Source: Escherichia phage LF82-41. From it: a stretch of DNA of 64,000 nt. This document shows, in pieces, positions 13,192 through 22,556 of the stretch (its first letter is position 1; each line of letters starts with the position of its first letter). The notes below the pieces were generated by a model that was not told the DNA's origin, did not search any database, and saw only the letters and a list, made by a program, of their open reading frames with translations. Both the position numbers and the translations under genes were made by a program. The DNA is taken from sequence record PV660463. One strand, written 5' to 3'.

Positions 13192-13443
13192 TTAGAACTT
13201 GATTTCTATCCAATGTCCATCACGTTGGTCGTGATTAATTTTGTATTGAAAGCCATTATCACGTAACCACTGCCCGACTTGCTCGGTGATAGTTAAATCA
13301 TTCTTTGACGGGTAGTATGTAAATTGTGTCTGGCCTTTGTCAGCGGCTTTCTCTGCCATCACAGAGAAGTTAGTAATAAAATCACTCAACAAATTGGCTT
13401 TAGTGGCCAGAGCCCTTTCTCTTAATTCCTGTGCAAAACTCAT
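13192..13443 (-). CDS. hypothetical protein (24.2 position)
   Basis: ORF-track ORF, 83 aa; synteny with T4 24.2. Confidence 0.6.
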   Translation of the reverse strand: MSFAQELRERALATKANLLSDFITNFSVMAEKAADKGQTQFTYYPSKNDLTITEQVGQWLRDNGFQYKINHDQRDGHWIEIKF

Positions 13444-13646
13444 TTCTTCACCTTTTTATTAATCAGACGTTTACGGTATACAACTTTTTCTTTTGCTTTA
13501 AACTTTGACCGAGCTGTCTCGGCTTTAGTCCATAGTAATCCAACTTCTTTAGGTTGTAAACCAATTTTTTGAGCAATTTCTACGAATGAAAATCCCGCCT
13601 CATGTAATGTATAAACTTCAACTTCAGCTCTCATAATCAATCCCAT
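13440..13646 (-). CDS. hypothetical protein (24.3 position)
   Basis: ORF-track ORF, 68 aa; 4-nt overlap with downstream ORF. Confidence 0.55.
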   Translation of the reverse strand: MGLIMRAEVEVYTLHEAGFSFVEIAQKIGLQPKEVGLLWTKAETARSKFKAKEKVVYRKRLINKKVKK

Positions 13647-13712
13647 ATTATTTGGTTTGTGCCATTATATACATCAATCTCAAGTTGTGTTTTGTGCTTT
13701 AAAAACGAAGAA

Positions 13713-13728
13713 AGGGGCCTAAGCCCCT
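13713..13728 (-). terminator. terminator after hoc
   Basis: AGGGGC-CTAA-GCCCCT hairpin, T-rich tract on minus strand. Confidence 0.6.
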
Positions 13729-13733
13729 TACGA

Positions 13734-14864
13734 TTATGGATATGTATAGATGATACCAGTTTCCAAAGCAGTTTTATGGATGATGTATCCATTACGTGAT
13801 TCTTGAACATCAACTTCTGGATAGTCTTCCATCATCTTCTGAAGAGTGTAACGATGCAGGTAGTATTTACTATCTGGATCTTCAGTTTTCCAATCTTTAC
13901 CTTCTTCAGTCATTTTTTGGATTTCATCCATAACCCACCAACCGCACCAGATGTAAGCTGAAGTACGATGTGGAAGAGGATGAACATAAGGTAATTCACC
14001 TTCTGGTTCTGGAGCAACTTTATCGGTTACCTGAACTTGACCTTCTGCTGTAATAGTTTTGCTATCATAATCAGTAGCAGTAACAGTGGCAGTAACTTCA
14101 ATAGTTTGACTTCCAACAGATGAAGTATCAACTGTATATACATTAGTTGACCCTTCTACAGGAGAAGAATCTTTCTTCCATGAATATTCAATTTGCGCTT
14201 CTTCTGGGGCATCAGTGACATTAGCGGTAAATGTAGCTGAAGCATCTTGCTGAACGTTAATAGAAGGAGGAGTCAATGTAACCTGTGGATTCATTGTCTT
14301 CTTATTAACTGTTAATGACACTTCATTAGAAGTAACTTCCTTTGCATCATAATCTGTCGCAGTTACTTGGGCTACACATTTAATTCTTTTTACACCACTT
14401 GTAGTTGGAGTATAGCTAAATGTAGAGTTAGTTTCTCCACCAACTTGTGAATCATCTACATACCACTGATACGTAGCAGACGCTCCAACCGGTTGAGAAG
14501 CTAAGGCAGCAGTAAATTGAACCGTGGTTCCAATTACTCCAGCTGAAGGACTATTGGGAGTTACTGCCAAAGTAGTTGACTGAGTTTTATTTTTAACTGT
14601 GATAGTTGCAGTAGTTTCTGCTGTTTCAGCTTCAGCTTCTGGAACTGTATTTGTTGCAACTACTTTAATAGTCTTTTGACCGGCAGGTCCTTTTAGTACA
14701 TAACTAAAAGTTGCTTCAGCTCCATCTTGTGGAACATCATCCACAGTCCAAGCATATGTAATAGTTCCACCTTCAGCCTGACCACTAGGCGTGGCAGTAA
14801 ACTGCTTAGTCTCATCTATAACTCCAGTAGGTGTTTTAGGAGTTATATCAACTGTAAAAGCCAT
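13734..14864 (-). CDS. hoc: Hoc head outer capsid protein with Ig-like repeats
   Basis: 376 aa; repetitive Thr/Val-rich Ig-like domains; T4 Hoc-like N-terminus and position. Confidence 0.85.
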   Translation of the reverse strand: MAFTVDITPKTPTGVIDETKQFTATPSGQAEGGTITYAWTVDDVPQDGAEATFSYVLKGPAGQKTIKVVATNTVPEAEAETAETTATITVKNKTQSTTLAVTPNSPSAGVIGTTVQFTAALASQPVGASATYQWYVDDSQVGGETNSTFSYTPTTSGVKRIKCVAQVTATDYDAKEVTSNEVSLTVNKKTMNPQVTLTPPSINVQQDASATFTANVTDAPEEAQIEYSWKKDSSPVEGSTNVYTVDTSSVGSQTIEVTATVTATDYDSKTITAEGQVQVTDKVAPEPEGELPYVHPLPHRTSAYIWCGWWVMDEIQKMTEEGKDWKTEDPDSKYYLHRYTLQKMMEDYPEVDVQESRNGYIIHKTALETGIIYTYP

Positions 14865-14873
14865 AAGTTATCC

Positions 14874-15542
14874 TTATTTTAATGTTACGAAAGAAGAATT
14901 ACGAGTTTCACGAATTAGGACTGATCCATCGCGATTAATATAATAAATTAAGCTAAATAATGTTTGGTGAGCAGAAGCATGCACAAAACTAGTTGGGCGG
15001 GATTTCCAATCAGGTGTTTCGGCTATCCATTGATAAATCCACCAAGGAACAGTAACATACCCTGGGCCTTTGCCTAATTTAATAAGTGTAGGACTAAAAT
15101 TTTCAGGCAGAACAAAATTTACTTCTTTATTTACCTCTGTCTCAGGCTCCTTTTCAGATTCAACAACCTGAGTAATTGCTTCTTCGAATTTATCATGGTC
15201 GAATTCTTTTTCTTGTTCGACAACTTCTAATACTTCAACTTGGTCTGTTGGAGAATCAAACAACAGAATAGCTTCTTCTTTAACTTCTTCGTTGGTGAAA
15301 TTAACACCGTCCACATCATCTGCGGCAGTAATTAAATCGGTGATAGATAATCCATCAGTTTCAGGTAACGGTTCATCAGCCAGTGCGTTAAGAGCTTCTT
15401 CGATATCAATAACAATATTATCGAATGATTTTGTTTTCTTAACACTAACGCCAAATTGTTCCGCATATTCAAACAGTTTAGCTTTGGCTTCCTTTTTATC
15501 AGAAAGAGCACGTAACTCTTCAATATAGTCTTTATCGATCAT
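14874..15542 (-). CDS. inh: Inh-like inhibitor of prohead protease
   Basis: 222 aa; position next to hoc as in T4. Confidence 0.7.
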   Translation of the reverse strand: MIDKDYIEELRALSDKKEAKAKLFEYAEQFGVSVKKTKSFDNIVIDIEEALNALADEPLPETDGLSITDLITAADDVDGVNFTNEEVKEEAILLFDSPTDQVEVLEVVEQEKEFDHDKFEEAITQVVESEKEPETEVNKEVNFVLPENFSPTLIKLGKGPGYVTVPWWIYQWIAETPDWKSRPTSFVHASAHQTLFSLIYYINRDGSVLIRETRNSSFVTLK

Positions 15543-15555
15543 AGTATTTCCTCAT

Positions 15556-15563
15556 TATAAATA
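15556..15563 (+). promoter_or_regulatory. late promoter TATAAATA upstream of segE-like gene
   Basis: Exact TATAAATA within third copy of the 16-mer cassette. Confidence 0.6.
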
Positions 15564-15579
15564 TAACTATATTTATTAC

Positions 15580-16323
15580 ATGGAAAAGAGTATGTATCAC
15601 TTTGTTTATGAAACCGTAAATTTAATCAATGGTAAAAAGTACATTGGCAAACATTCTACAGAAAATTTAAATGATTCGTATCTAGGGTCAGGTGTTGCCT
15701 TAAATCGCGCTATCAAAAAATACGGAGAAGAATCATTTAAACGTTCAATAATTAAACAATTTGAAACTTCCGCTGAAGCTTTAGAATACGAAGCTCAGTT
15801 AGTAACAGAGGATTTGGTCAAATCTAACGAGTATTATAATATGCGCCAAGGCGGTGAAGGTGGAAGGTATAAGTACACCGAAGCTGATAAGACTAAAATG
15901 TCTAATAGTGCTAAAGAACGAATAAAGAGGCTTGGTCATAATCTTTTAGGAAAACACAGATCGGAAGAAACAAAAAGAAAACTATCTGAAACAAATAAAC
16001 GTCGATACTCTGAAGACCCAACATGCCACGGGCGGTATGGTACAGGAAAGCCAAAGATTGATAAAATTAAAGGTCCTAAAAATCCTACAACTCTAAATAA
16101 AATTTGTGTTAACAACGGTAAAGAAAACAGATTTATATCAGCCGAGGACCCGATGCCTGAAGGATTTGTAAAAGGAATGGTCCAACTTAATAGAAAATCT
16201 AGAAAGGGCTGTGAAGTAAAACCTACGACCACCGGCAGAATATGGGTAAATAACGGGGCTATAAATAAATTAGTAAATCCGTTATCCATCCCAGATGGAT
16301 ATGTTAAAGGCCGTTTAAGGTAA
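15580..16323 (+). CDS. segE: GIY-YIG homing endonuclease (SegE-like)
   Basis: N-terminal GIY-YIG motif (YHFVYETVN...GKKYIGKH); NUMOD3-like GKHRSEETKRKLSE; two C-terminal ~27-aa repeats; same position as T4 segE. Confidence 0.8.
   Translation: MEKSMYHFVYETVNLINGKKYIGKHSTENLNDSYLGSGVALNRAIKKYGEESFKRSIIKQFETSAEALEYEAQLVTEDLVKSNEYYNMRQGGEGGRYKYTEADKTKMSNSAKERIKRLGHNLLGKHRSEETKRKLSETNKRRYSEDPTCHGRYGTGKPKIDKIKGPKNPTTLNKICVNNGKENRFISAEDPMPEGFVKGMVQLNRKSRKGCEVKPTTTGRIWVNNGAINKLVNPLSIPDGYVKGRLR
16260..16267 (+). promoter_or_regulatory. late promoter TATAAATA (uvsW), inside 3' end of segE-like gene
   Basis: Exact TATAAATA ~62 nt upstream of uvsW ATG. Confidence 0.6.
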
Positions 16324-16328
16324 TTATT

Positions 16329-17843
16329 ATGACAGATATTAAAGTACATTTTCGCGATTTTAGCCATGTAAGAATTGAATGCGACGAAAGCGTGTTCTAT
16401 GAATTACGCGACTTTTTTAGCTTTGAAGCCGATGGGTACAAATTCAACCCGCGTTACAAATATGGGAACTGGGATGGTAGAATTCGACTTTTAGATTACA
16501 ATCGTTTGTTACCATATGGACTTGTAGGACAAATAAAAAAGTTCTGTAACAATATGAGTTATTCTGTATGGATTGACCCTAAAATCTTTGAGACTGAAGA
16601 CCTTACCAGGGAAGATTTTGACGCATGGCTTTCTAAACAAGAAATTTATTCAGGCAACACCAAAATCGAACCGCATTGGTATCAAAAAGATGCAGTATAT
16701 GAAGGACTAGTTAATCGTCGTCGAATTTTAAACCTTCCGACATCCGCAGGTAAATCACTAATCCAAGCACTTTTAGCTCGGTATTATTTAGAGAACTATG
16801 AAGGTAAAATTCTCATTATCGTCCCTACAACAGCATTGACAACCCAGATGGCTAATGATTTTGTTGATTATCGCTTGTTTAGTCATTCGATGATTAAGAA
16901 AATTGGCGGTGGTGCTGATAAAGCGGACAAATCTAAAAACGACGCTCCAATTATTGTTGGCACATGGCAAACGGTAGTTAAGCAGCCTAAAGAATGGTTC
17001 TCTCAGTTCGGTATGATGATGAATGATGAATGCCACTTAGCAACAGGCAAAAGTATTTCTTCAATCATCTCAGGATTAAATAATTGCATGTTTAAATTCG
17101 GTTTATCTGGCTCATTAAGAGACGGAAAAGCCAATGTAATGCAGTACGTAGGTATGTTCGGCGAAATCTTCCGTCCTGTTAGCACGTCTAAATTAATGGA
17201 AGACGGACAGGTAACTGAGCTTAAGATTAATAGTATTTTCCTTCGTTATCCAGACGAATTCACCACCAAATTAAAAGGTAAAACATACCAAGAAGAAGTT
17301 AAAATTATTACCGGACTAAAACGACGTACAAAGTGGATTGCTCAACTTTCAGTCAAATTGGCTAAGAAAGACGAGAACGCCTTTGTAATGTTTAAACACG
17401 TTACACACGGTAAAGAAATATTTGAAGCTATTAAAGAGCTTGGATACGAAAAAGTTTATTACGTATCAGGTGAAGTTGATACTGAAACACGTAACGCGCT
17501 TAAAGTCATGGCAGAAAATGGTAAAGGCATTATTATTGTCGCATCATATGGAGTATTCTCTACTGGTATTTCAGTCAAGAATCTTCATCATGTTATTTTT
17601 GCCCATGGTGTTAAATCAAAAATTATCGTACTTCAAACCGTAGGTCGTGTGCTTCGTAAGCACGGTTCTAAAGCTGTTGCTACAGTTTGGGATCTCATCG
17701 ATGACGCAGGTGTAAAACCTAAATCATTAAATACTAAAAAGAAGTATACTCATCTTAATTACTTGTTAAAACACGGTATTGATCGTATCCAGCGTTACGC
17801 TGATGAGAAATTTAACTATGTAATGAAAACAATTAATTTATAA
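16329..17843 (+). CDS. uvsW: UvsW helicase
   Basis: 504 aa; helicase motifs; T4 UvsW-like. Confidence 0.9.
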   Translation: MTDIKVHFRDFSHVRIECDESVFYELRDFFSFEADGYKFNPRYKYGNWDGRIRLLDYNRLLPYGLVGQIKKFCNNMSYSVWIDPKIFETEDLTREDFDAWLSKQEIYSGNTKIEPHWYQKDAVYEGLVNRRRILNLPTSAGKSLIQALLARYYLENYEGKILIIVPTTALTTQMANDFVDYRLFSHSMIKKIGGGADKADKSKNDAPIIVGTWQTVVKQPKEWFSQFGMMMNDECHLATGKSISSIISGLNNCMFKFGLSGSLRDGKANVMQYVGMFGEIFRPVSTSKLMEDGQVTELKINSIFLRYPDEFTTKLKGKTYQEEVKIITGLKRRTKWIAQLSVKLAKKDENAFVMFKHVTHGKEIFEAIKELGYEKVYYVSGEVDTETRNALKVMAENGKGIIIVASYGVFSTGISVKNLHHVIFAHGVKSKIIVLQTVGRVLRKHGSKAVATVWDLIDDAGVKPKSLNTKKKYTHLNYLLKHGIDRIQRYADEKFNYVMKTINL

Positions 17844-17857
17844 GGGCTTCGGCCCTT
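17842..17857 (+). terminator. stem-loop between uvsW and uvsW.1 (UUCG tetraloop)
   Basis: AAGGGC-TTCG-GCCCTT; no T-run. Confidence 0.4.
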
Positions 17858-17868
17858 AGGAGATAAAA

Positions 17869-18102
17869 ATGGTACTTGAATTTAAACAATTTTTATACGA
17901 AGCATCTATTGACGAATTCATGGGTAAAATTGCTAGTTGTCATACCTTAGAAGGGCTTGAAGAATTGGAAGCTTATTATAAGAAACGTATAAAAGAAACG
18001 GAATTAAAAGATACAGATGATATTTCTGTCAGGGATGCCTTAGCAGGTAAGCGCGCCGAACTTGAAGGCGACGATGATGAGGATGAGGAAGAAGACTTCT
18101 AA
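17869..18102 (+). CDS. uvsW.1: UvsW.1 small acidic protein
   Basis: 77 aa following uvsW; AGGAGA RBS. Confidence 0.75.
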   Translation: MVLEFKQFLYEASIDEFMGKIASCHTLEGLEELEAYYKKRIKETELKDTDDISVRDALAGKRAELEGDDDEDEEEDF

Positions 18103-18113
18103 TTAAAAAAAAA

Positions 18114-18137
18114 GGCCCGACCTTTTTTGGAAGGGCC
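18114..18137. terminator. GC-rich stem with T-rich loop after uvsW.1
   Basis: GGCCC...GGGCC stem flanked by A-runs, between convergent genes. Confidence 0.35.
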
Positions 18138-18163
18138 AAAAACCATAGGCAAAAAAGGTAACA

Positions 18164-18331
18164 CTATAGTAAAAGTTGGGTTTCGTTCAATTGCTCTTCT
18201 GAACTTTCTGAAACCGGCAATTGTTGTACATAATTATAACAAGGACCAGGATGTGCTGGACCTTTGTCTGTTTCAACAACCAATGCAGAATCGATTGGAG
18301 TTTTACAGACAACACAAATCTTATCTGACAT
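18164..18331 (-). CDS. small Cys-containing protein, 55 aa (uvsY.-1 position); not in ORF track
   Basis: Hand-translated MSDKICVVCKTPIDSALVVETDKGPAHPGPCYNY...; perfect AGGAGG RBS 5 nt upstream of ATG. Confidence 0.5.
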   Translation of the reverse strand: MSDKICVVCKTPIDSALVVETDKGPAHPGPCYNYVQQLPVSESSEEQLNETQLLL

Positions 18332-18363
18332 GATTGCCTCCTAAGTTGAAATTACATATCTAT

Positions 18364-18588
18364 TTATACCACTCGCATGCACATATCTATACCCATATCT
18401 TTTGTATAAAAATACTCGTCGATGTACCCGGCAAACTTCCCTTTAATATAAAGGACGTCTTCGCCACAAGGGTGATCCGCCAGAATACGAATATCCTGGC
18501 GTCGCAGACGATACTTTTCCATTAAGAATTTAATTTCAGTTTCAAATTCTTCATCATTATTAAAGGCATCTTCAATTGAATAACGCAT
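18364..18588 (-). CDS. hypothetical protein (uvsY.-2 position)
   Basis: ORF-track ORF 74 aa; start overlaps uvsY stop. Confidence 0.55.
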   Translation of the reverse strand: MRYSIEDAFNNDEEFETEIKFLMEKYRLRRQDIRILADHPCGEDVLYIKGKFAGYIDEYFYTKDMGIDMCMRVV

Positions 18589-19001
18589 TATTGCCCCGCT
18601 TCAAATTCTCGCATATCTTGGATATGTTTAAGTGCAAAACTACGAGACTTAACTGCATCAAGTGCACCACTACAGAACTCAAGTAAAATTCCCCAGTATT
18701 GTAAAGTAGTCTCTATTTTAAGCACATCTTTATCTGCGGCCAGGACAGTTTTCATTTCAGATTTTTCGTATCGGTCCATACTGAATTCATCACCATCACC
18801 TCGTCCCGAGTAGTAGTCTAATCTTGCTTTTAGAGCAGTTTTCTTCTGAGTCTCTATACGCAACATTTCTTTACGAATAAATGAGTGCTTACGTAGCCAT
18901 TTGCTATATAACTTAACATTATTCGCCGTCTCATATTGCAACTTTGTTGTATCAATAGCTAAGTCTGCGTCTAACTCTTCCTGTAAATCTTCCAGCTTCA
19001 T
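18588..19001 (-). CDS. uvsY: UvsY recombination mediator
   Basis: Internal ATG at 19001 gives 137 aa starting MKLEDLQEEL as in T4 UvsY; track ORF is 27 codons longer. Confidence 0.9.
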   Translation of the reverse strand: MKLEDLQEELDADLAIDTTKLQYETANNVKLYSKWLRKHSFIRKEMLRIETQKKTALKARLDYYSGRGDGDEFSMDRYEKSEMKTVLAADKDVLKIETTLQYWGILLEFCSGALDAVKSRSFALKHIQDMREFEAGQ

Positions 19002-19056
19002 AATGTTCTCTCTTTTAACTAATAATCTCCCGGCTGTATCGGAAGGACCTAAAACC

Positions 19057-19083
19057 ATTATACATAGGTTGCCTTGAAGCATT
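19057..19083 (-). promoter_or_regulatory. middle (MotA-dependent) promoter upstream of uvsY
   Basis: MotA-box-like AATGCTTCA (19075-19083), 12-nt spacer, TATAAT (19057-19062). Confidence 0.5.
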
Positions 19084-19480
19084 ACACTCTATTGCTTGAT
19101 GCTAACTGAAGTTTGATTTGTTCGATATCATCAGGGTTATCTACGACCGAAAATCTAATCTCTACTATAACCGTATAGTCATCATATACTGGCGTTACAC
19201 TTACAGAAAGTTTGTCGATGCGTGGCTCATAGTTACGGACGGCTGCTTGGATATTACGCTCAATAGTATCGGCTGTAAGTGGTGTCATGTTCTCGAAAAG
19301 TTCATCAACCAAATCGCATCCAAATTCAGGGTCGAATGGGCGTGAGCCTTTTCTAGTTGTCACTATGCCAAGAAGACTATTTTTAATAGAACGAAGTCCT
19401 ACAGAACGAGCAACGTCCTTGTTCCAATCCATACGCATTTCTGGGTCGATATCTGAATAAAGTTTATTGATATTAGACAT
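19082..19480 (-). CDS. 25: baseplate wedge protein gp25-like
   Basis: 132 aa; T4 gp25 length and position. Confidence 0.9.
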   Translation of the reverse strand: MSNINKLYSDIDPEMRMDWNKDVARSVGLRSIKNSLLGIVTTRKGSRPFDPEFGCDLVDELFENMTPLTADTIERNIQAAVRNYEPRIDKLSVSVTPVYDDYTVIVEIRFSVVDNPDDIEQIKLQLASSNRV

Positions 19481-20106
19481 TATAGTAACTCAAAGAATTC
19501 TTTGAGGCCTCGTATTGTGTGAACGTGTGACGCCCCACATTTGGGACATTTAATAGGGGTTGCCAGATAAATTGATGGCGACACCAAAAGATTTTTAATA
19601 TTGATCATGTCATCTTCTGTTATAAGGCCGTAAAGGTCGTTTATTTCTGCTTCAGTTAAATCTTCAACAGGGATGGACTCTCCATTGACAAAAACAGCCT
19701 CAATACATGAAGCAATCATTAATGCGATATTTTTATCATCAAATAATTTAGGTTGACGGAACTTAATTTTAATACCGCTGAACGAATACCAGGGATCGGC
19801 CTGTTCATCTAATTGAGTGTGCAATAAATTCATATAGACTTGAAATGAATGCCCACAGGAACAATTCCAGGTGTGTTCTTGATTCACTTCACCTAATGAA
19901 TGTGCCCACAGATTTACCAACAATAACTCGGCTTCTTGTTTAGTCAAGTTTTTAGCATTAGAGCAATTAGTGATAATATTGTTCACTGCTGATTCAATAG
20001 TACCAGTAGCCCGAGCACCTATGAGCCCTAAATATTCTTTTAAAGTAAAGGCTCTACAATTCACTTCTTTATCGCCTAAACGTACGGTAAACGTATATTT
20101 GTACAT
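19480..20106 (-). CDS. 26: baseplate hub protein gp26-like
   Basis: 208 aa; synteny; AGGAG RBS. Confidence 0.85.
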   Translation of the reverse strand: MYKYTFTVRLGDKEVNCRAFTLKEYLGLIGARATGTIESAVNNIITNCSNAKNLTKQEAELLLVNLWAHSLGEVNQEHTWNCSCGHSFQVYMNLLHTQLDEQADPWYSFSGIKIKFRQPKLFDDKNIALMIASCIEAVFVNGESIPVEDLTEAEINDLYGLITEDDMINIKNLLVSPSIYLATPIKCPKCGASHVHTIRGLKEFFELL

Positions 20107-20124
20107 GTTAACTCCTTTATTGTG

Positions 20125-20132
20125 TATTTATA
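20125..20132 (-). promoter_or_regulatory. late promoter TATAAATA on minus strand (genes 26/25)
   Basis: Forward tatttata = TATAAATA on minus strand, overlapping the gene 51 promoter by 4 nt. Confidence 0.6.
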
Positions 20133-20136
20133 AATA
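20129..20136 (+). promoter_or_regulatory. late promoter TATAAATA (gene 51)
   Basis: Part of TATTTATAAATA between divergent genes 26 and 51. Confidence 0.65.
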
Positions 20137-20153
20137 ATAGAAAAGGAGTAATT

Positions 20154-20906
20154 ATGGCTAATATAATTCGTTGTAAATTACCGGATGGTGTTCATCGTTT
20201 TAAGCCGTTCACTGTGGCGGATTATAGAGACTTTTTACTAGTTAGAAATGATATCGAACATCGTTCGCCACAAGAACAAAAAGAAATAATTGCCGATCTG
20301 ATTGATGATTATTTTGGCGAGTACCCTAAAACATGGCAACCATTTATATTCCTGCAAGTTTTTGCAGGATCTATAGGCAAAACAAAAGTTCCCGTTATTT
20401 TCACTTGCCCTAAATGCTCTAAAGAAAAAACTGCACCATTTGAGATATATCAAAAAGAACTAGTCGAACCTGAACTTGATGTTGCTGGTATAAAAATACG
20501 TTTTTCTTTCCCTGAAAAGTTTTATGACAATAAAGCATTAATGATAAGTGAAAACATAAAAGAAATATATTATAATGATGAATGGTACCCATGGAATGAT
20601 TTGACTGAAGAGAACCAAATCCAAGTAATAGAAGCAATAGACATTGACTCTCTCGAGAAGGTTATTGCTTCTATGAACCCTATTAATTTGACCCTTAGAT
20701 TAGGTTGTTGTGAACGCCATGTTAAAACATATACTGATATCTTAGAGGTTTTTAAATTGTTAGTTAACCCTGATGAGATTTTTACATTCTATCAGATAAA
20801 CCATTCACTAGTAAAGAGTCAATACACATTGGATTCTATTATGCAAATGATTCCTGTTGAACGTGGTATTGCTTTAACATTAGTAGAAAAGGACCATAAA
20901 AAATGA
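20154..20906 (+). CDS. 51: baseplate hub assembly protein gp51-like
   Basis: 250 aa; divergent from gene 26 as in T4; late promoter and AGGAG RBS. Confidence 0.85.
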   Translation: MANIIRCKLPDGVHRFKPFTVADYRDFLLVRNDIEHRSPQEQKEIIADLIDDYFGEYPKTWQPFIFLQVFAGSIGKTKVPVIFTCPKCSKEKTAPFEIYQKELVEPELDVAGIKIRFSFPEKFYDNKALMISENIKEIYYNDEWYPWNDLTEENQIQVIEAIDIDSLEKVIASMNPINLTLRLGCCERHVKTYTDILEVFKLLVNPDEIFTFYQINHSLVKSQYTLDSIMQMIPVERGIALTLVEKDHKK

Positions 20907-22075
20907 CAGTATTCCAACGTCCAGGATATCCTAACTTAAGCGTTAAATTATACCAAGATTATTCGGCTTGGCAAGAAAATAGATACGTTGAACTCGCAGC
21001 AACAATAACAACTTTAACCATGCGAGATTCGCTATATGGAAGAAATGAAGGGATTCTTCAATTTTATGACACTAAAAACATCCACACTAAAATGGACGGT
21101 AGACAGATAGTTCAAATCTCTGTTTCAAATTCAAACACACCTCTCCAAGTTAGAACTCGAATTTATGGATGTAGACATTATTCTGTGTCTGTGGACTCAA
21201 AAGGTGACAATATTATTGCAATTGAGCTTGGAACAATACATTCTATAGAGAACCTTAAATTTGGGCGTCCATTCTTCCCAGACGCAGGCGAATCTATACG
21301 TGAAATGCTAGGTGTCATATACAAAGACCGTACGTTAATTACTCCGCCAATAAACACTATTAATGCTTATGTTCCTGATATTCCTTGGACAAGCACATTT
21401 GATGATTATTTGGCATATGTCAGAGAATTAGGACTTGCTACAGCGAGTGATAAGTTCGTATTCGTATGGCAAGATATTTTAGGCGTAAACATGATTGACT
21501 ACGATACTCTTATTGGTCAGGAAGGCATTAAGATGATTGTAGGCGAGCCAAATACTGTAGGTCAGTATATTCAAGAGCTTGAGTATCCATTAGTATGGGA
21601 TTTTACCTGGATGACTAAAGCCAACCAATTTACAAGAGACCCTATTAAAAACGCCACAATATTCGCCCATTCATTTTTAGATACATCTATTCCGGTTATT
21701 GTTACAGGTGATGGTGATAATGCTATTCTTGTGTCAAGATCCGGCGGATATTCCGAAATGACCTATCGTAATGGATTTGAAGAAGCAAGTCGTCTTCAGA
21801 CAATGGCTCAATACGACGGTTATGCTAAATGCACTACTACAGGTAATTTTAACATAACGCCTGCTACTAAAATTATATTTGTTGACCAAAAGAACCAATT
21901 CAAATCCGAATTTTACGTGGATGAAGTTATTCATGAGTTATCAAATAACAACTCACAAACTCATCTGTACATGTTTACCAACTCAATGGTGTTAGAACCT
22001 GTTAACCCAGTTAAGGTTAAAAATGAACTTAAATCTGATTCTACCTCTAAAGAAAATAATTCTACCACAGTCTAA
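20903..22075 (+). CDS. 27: baseplate hub protein gp27-like
   Basis: 390 aa; T4 gp27-like N-terminus ([12 protein letters not shown]). Confidence 0.9.
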   Translation: MTVFQRPGYPNLSVKLYQDYSAWQENRYVELAATITTLTMRDSLYGRNEGILQFYDTKNIHTKMDGRQIVQISVSNSNTPLQVRTRIYGCRHYSVSVDSKGDNIIAIELGTIHSIENLKFGRPFFPDAGESIREMLGVIYKDRTLITPPINTINAYVPDIPWTSTFDDYLAYVRELGLATASDKFVFVWQDILGVNMIDYDTLIGQEGIKMIVGEPNTVGQYIQELEYPLVWDFTWMTKANQFTRDPIKNATIFAHSFLDTSIPVIVTGDGDNAILVSRSGGYSEMTYRNGFEEASRLQTMAQYDGYAKCTTTGNFNITPATKIIFVDQKNQFKSEFYVDEVIHELSNNNSQTHLYMFTNSMVLEPVNPVKVKNELKSDSTSKENNSTTV

Positions 22076-22556
22076 TAAAAAGGTAATGATTCCCAAATTA
22101 GGGCTCAAACATTATAATCTTTTAAAGGACGTTAAAGGTCCTGATGAAAACATGAAAATCTTAGCTGATTCTATTTGTAAAAATATGAGTCCCGCAGATT
22201 TTGATTTTGCATGTCTACATATATTGGAATTTAATAACAAACTTAAGTCTGAAGTTGAAAAAGACGGATTCACATATAAACTAGATGACGTCTATGTATG
22301 CCAACGAACAGAATTCCAATTCCAAGGCAATACTTTTTATTTTAGACCTCCAGGCAAATTTGAACAATTCGCTACAATCAGCGAAATGCTATCAAATTGC
22401 TTAATAAAAGTTAATGACGAAGAGAAAGAAATTTCTTTCCTTGAGATGCCTGCTTTTGTAATCAAATGGGCAGAAGACCTTTCGACAACTATTGCTATTC
22501 CAGGCCCTAATGGCCCTATTAAGGGTATAGCAGAAATTATTGGATTGCTTGAATGA
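22023..22556 (+). CDS. 28: baseplate hub protein gp28-like
   Basis: 177 aa; overlaps 3' end of gene 27. Confidence 0.8.
   Translation: MNLNLILPLKKIILPQSNKKVMIPKLGLKHYNLLKDVKGPDENMKILADSICKNMSPADFDFACLHILEFNNKLKSEVEKDGFTYKLDDVYVCQRTEFQFQGNTFYFRPPGKFEQFATISEMLSNCLIKVNDEEKEISFLEMPAFVIKWAEDLSTTIAIPGPNGPIKGIAEIIGLLE

Noticed and set aside
18127-18333. ORF-track plus-strand ORF (68 aa) after uvsW.1
   Set aside because: No RBS, runs antisense through a region where a minus-strand ORF has a perfect AGGAGG RBS; treated as spurious.
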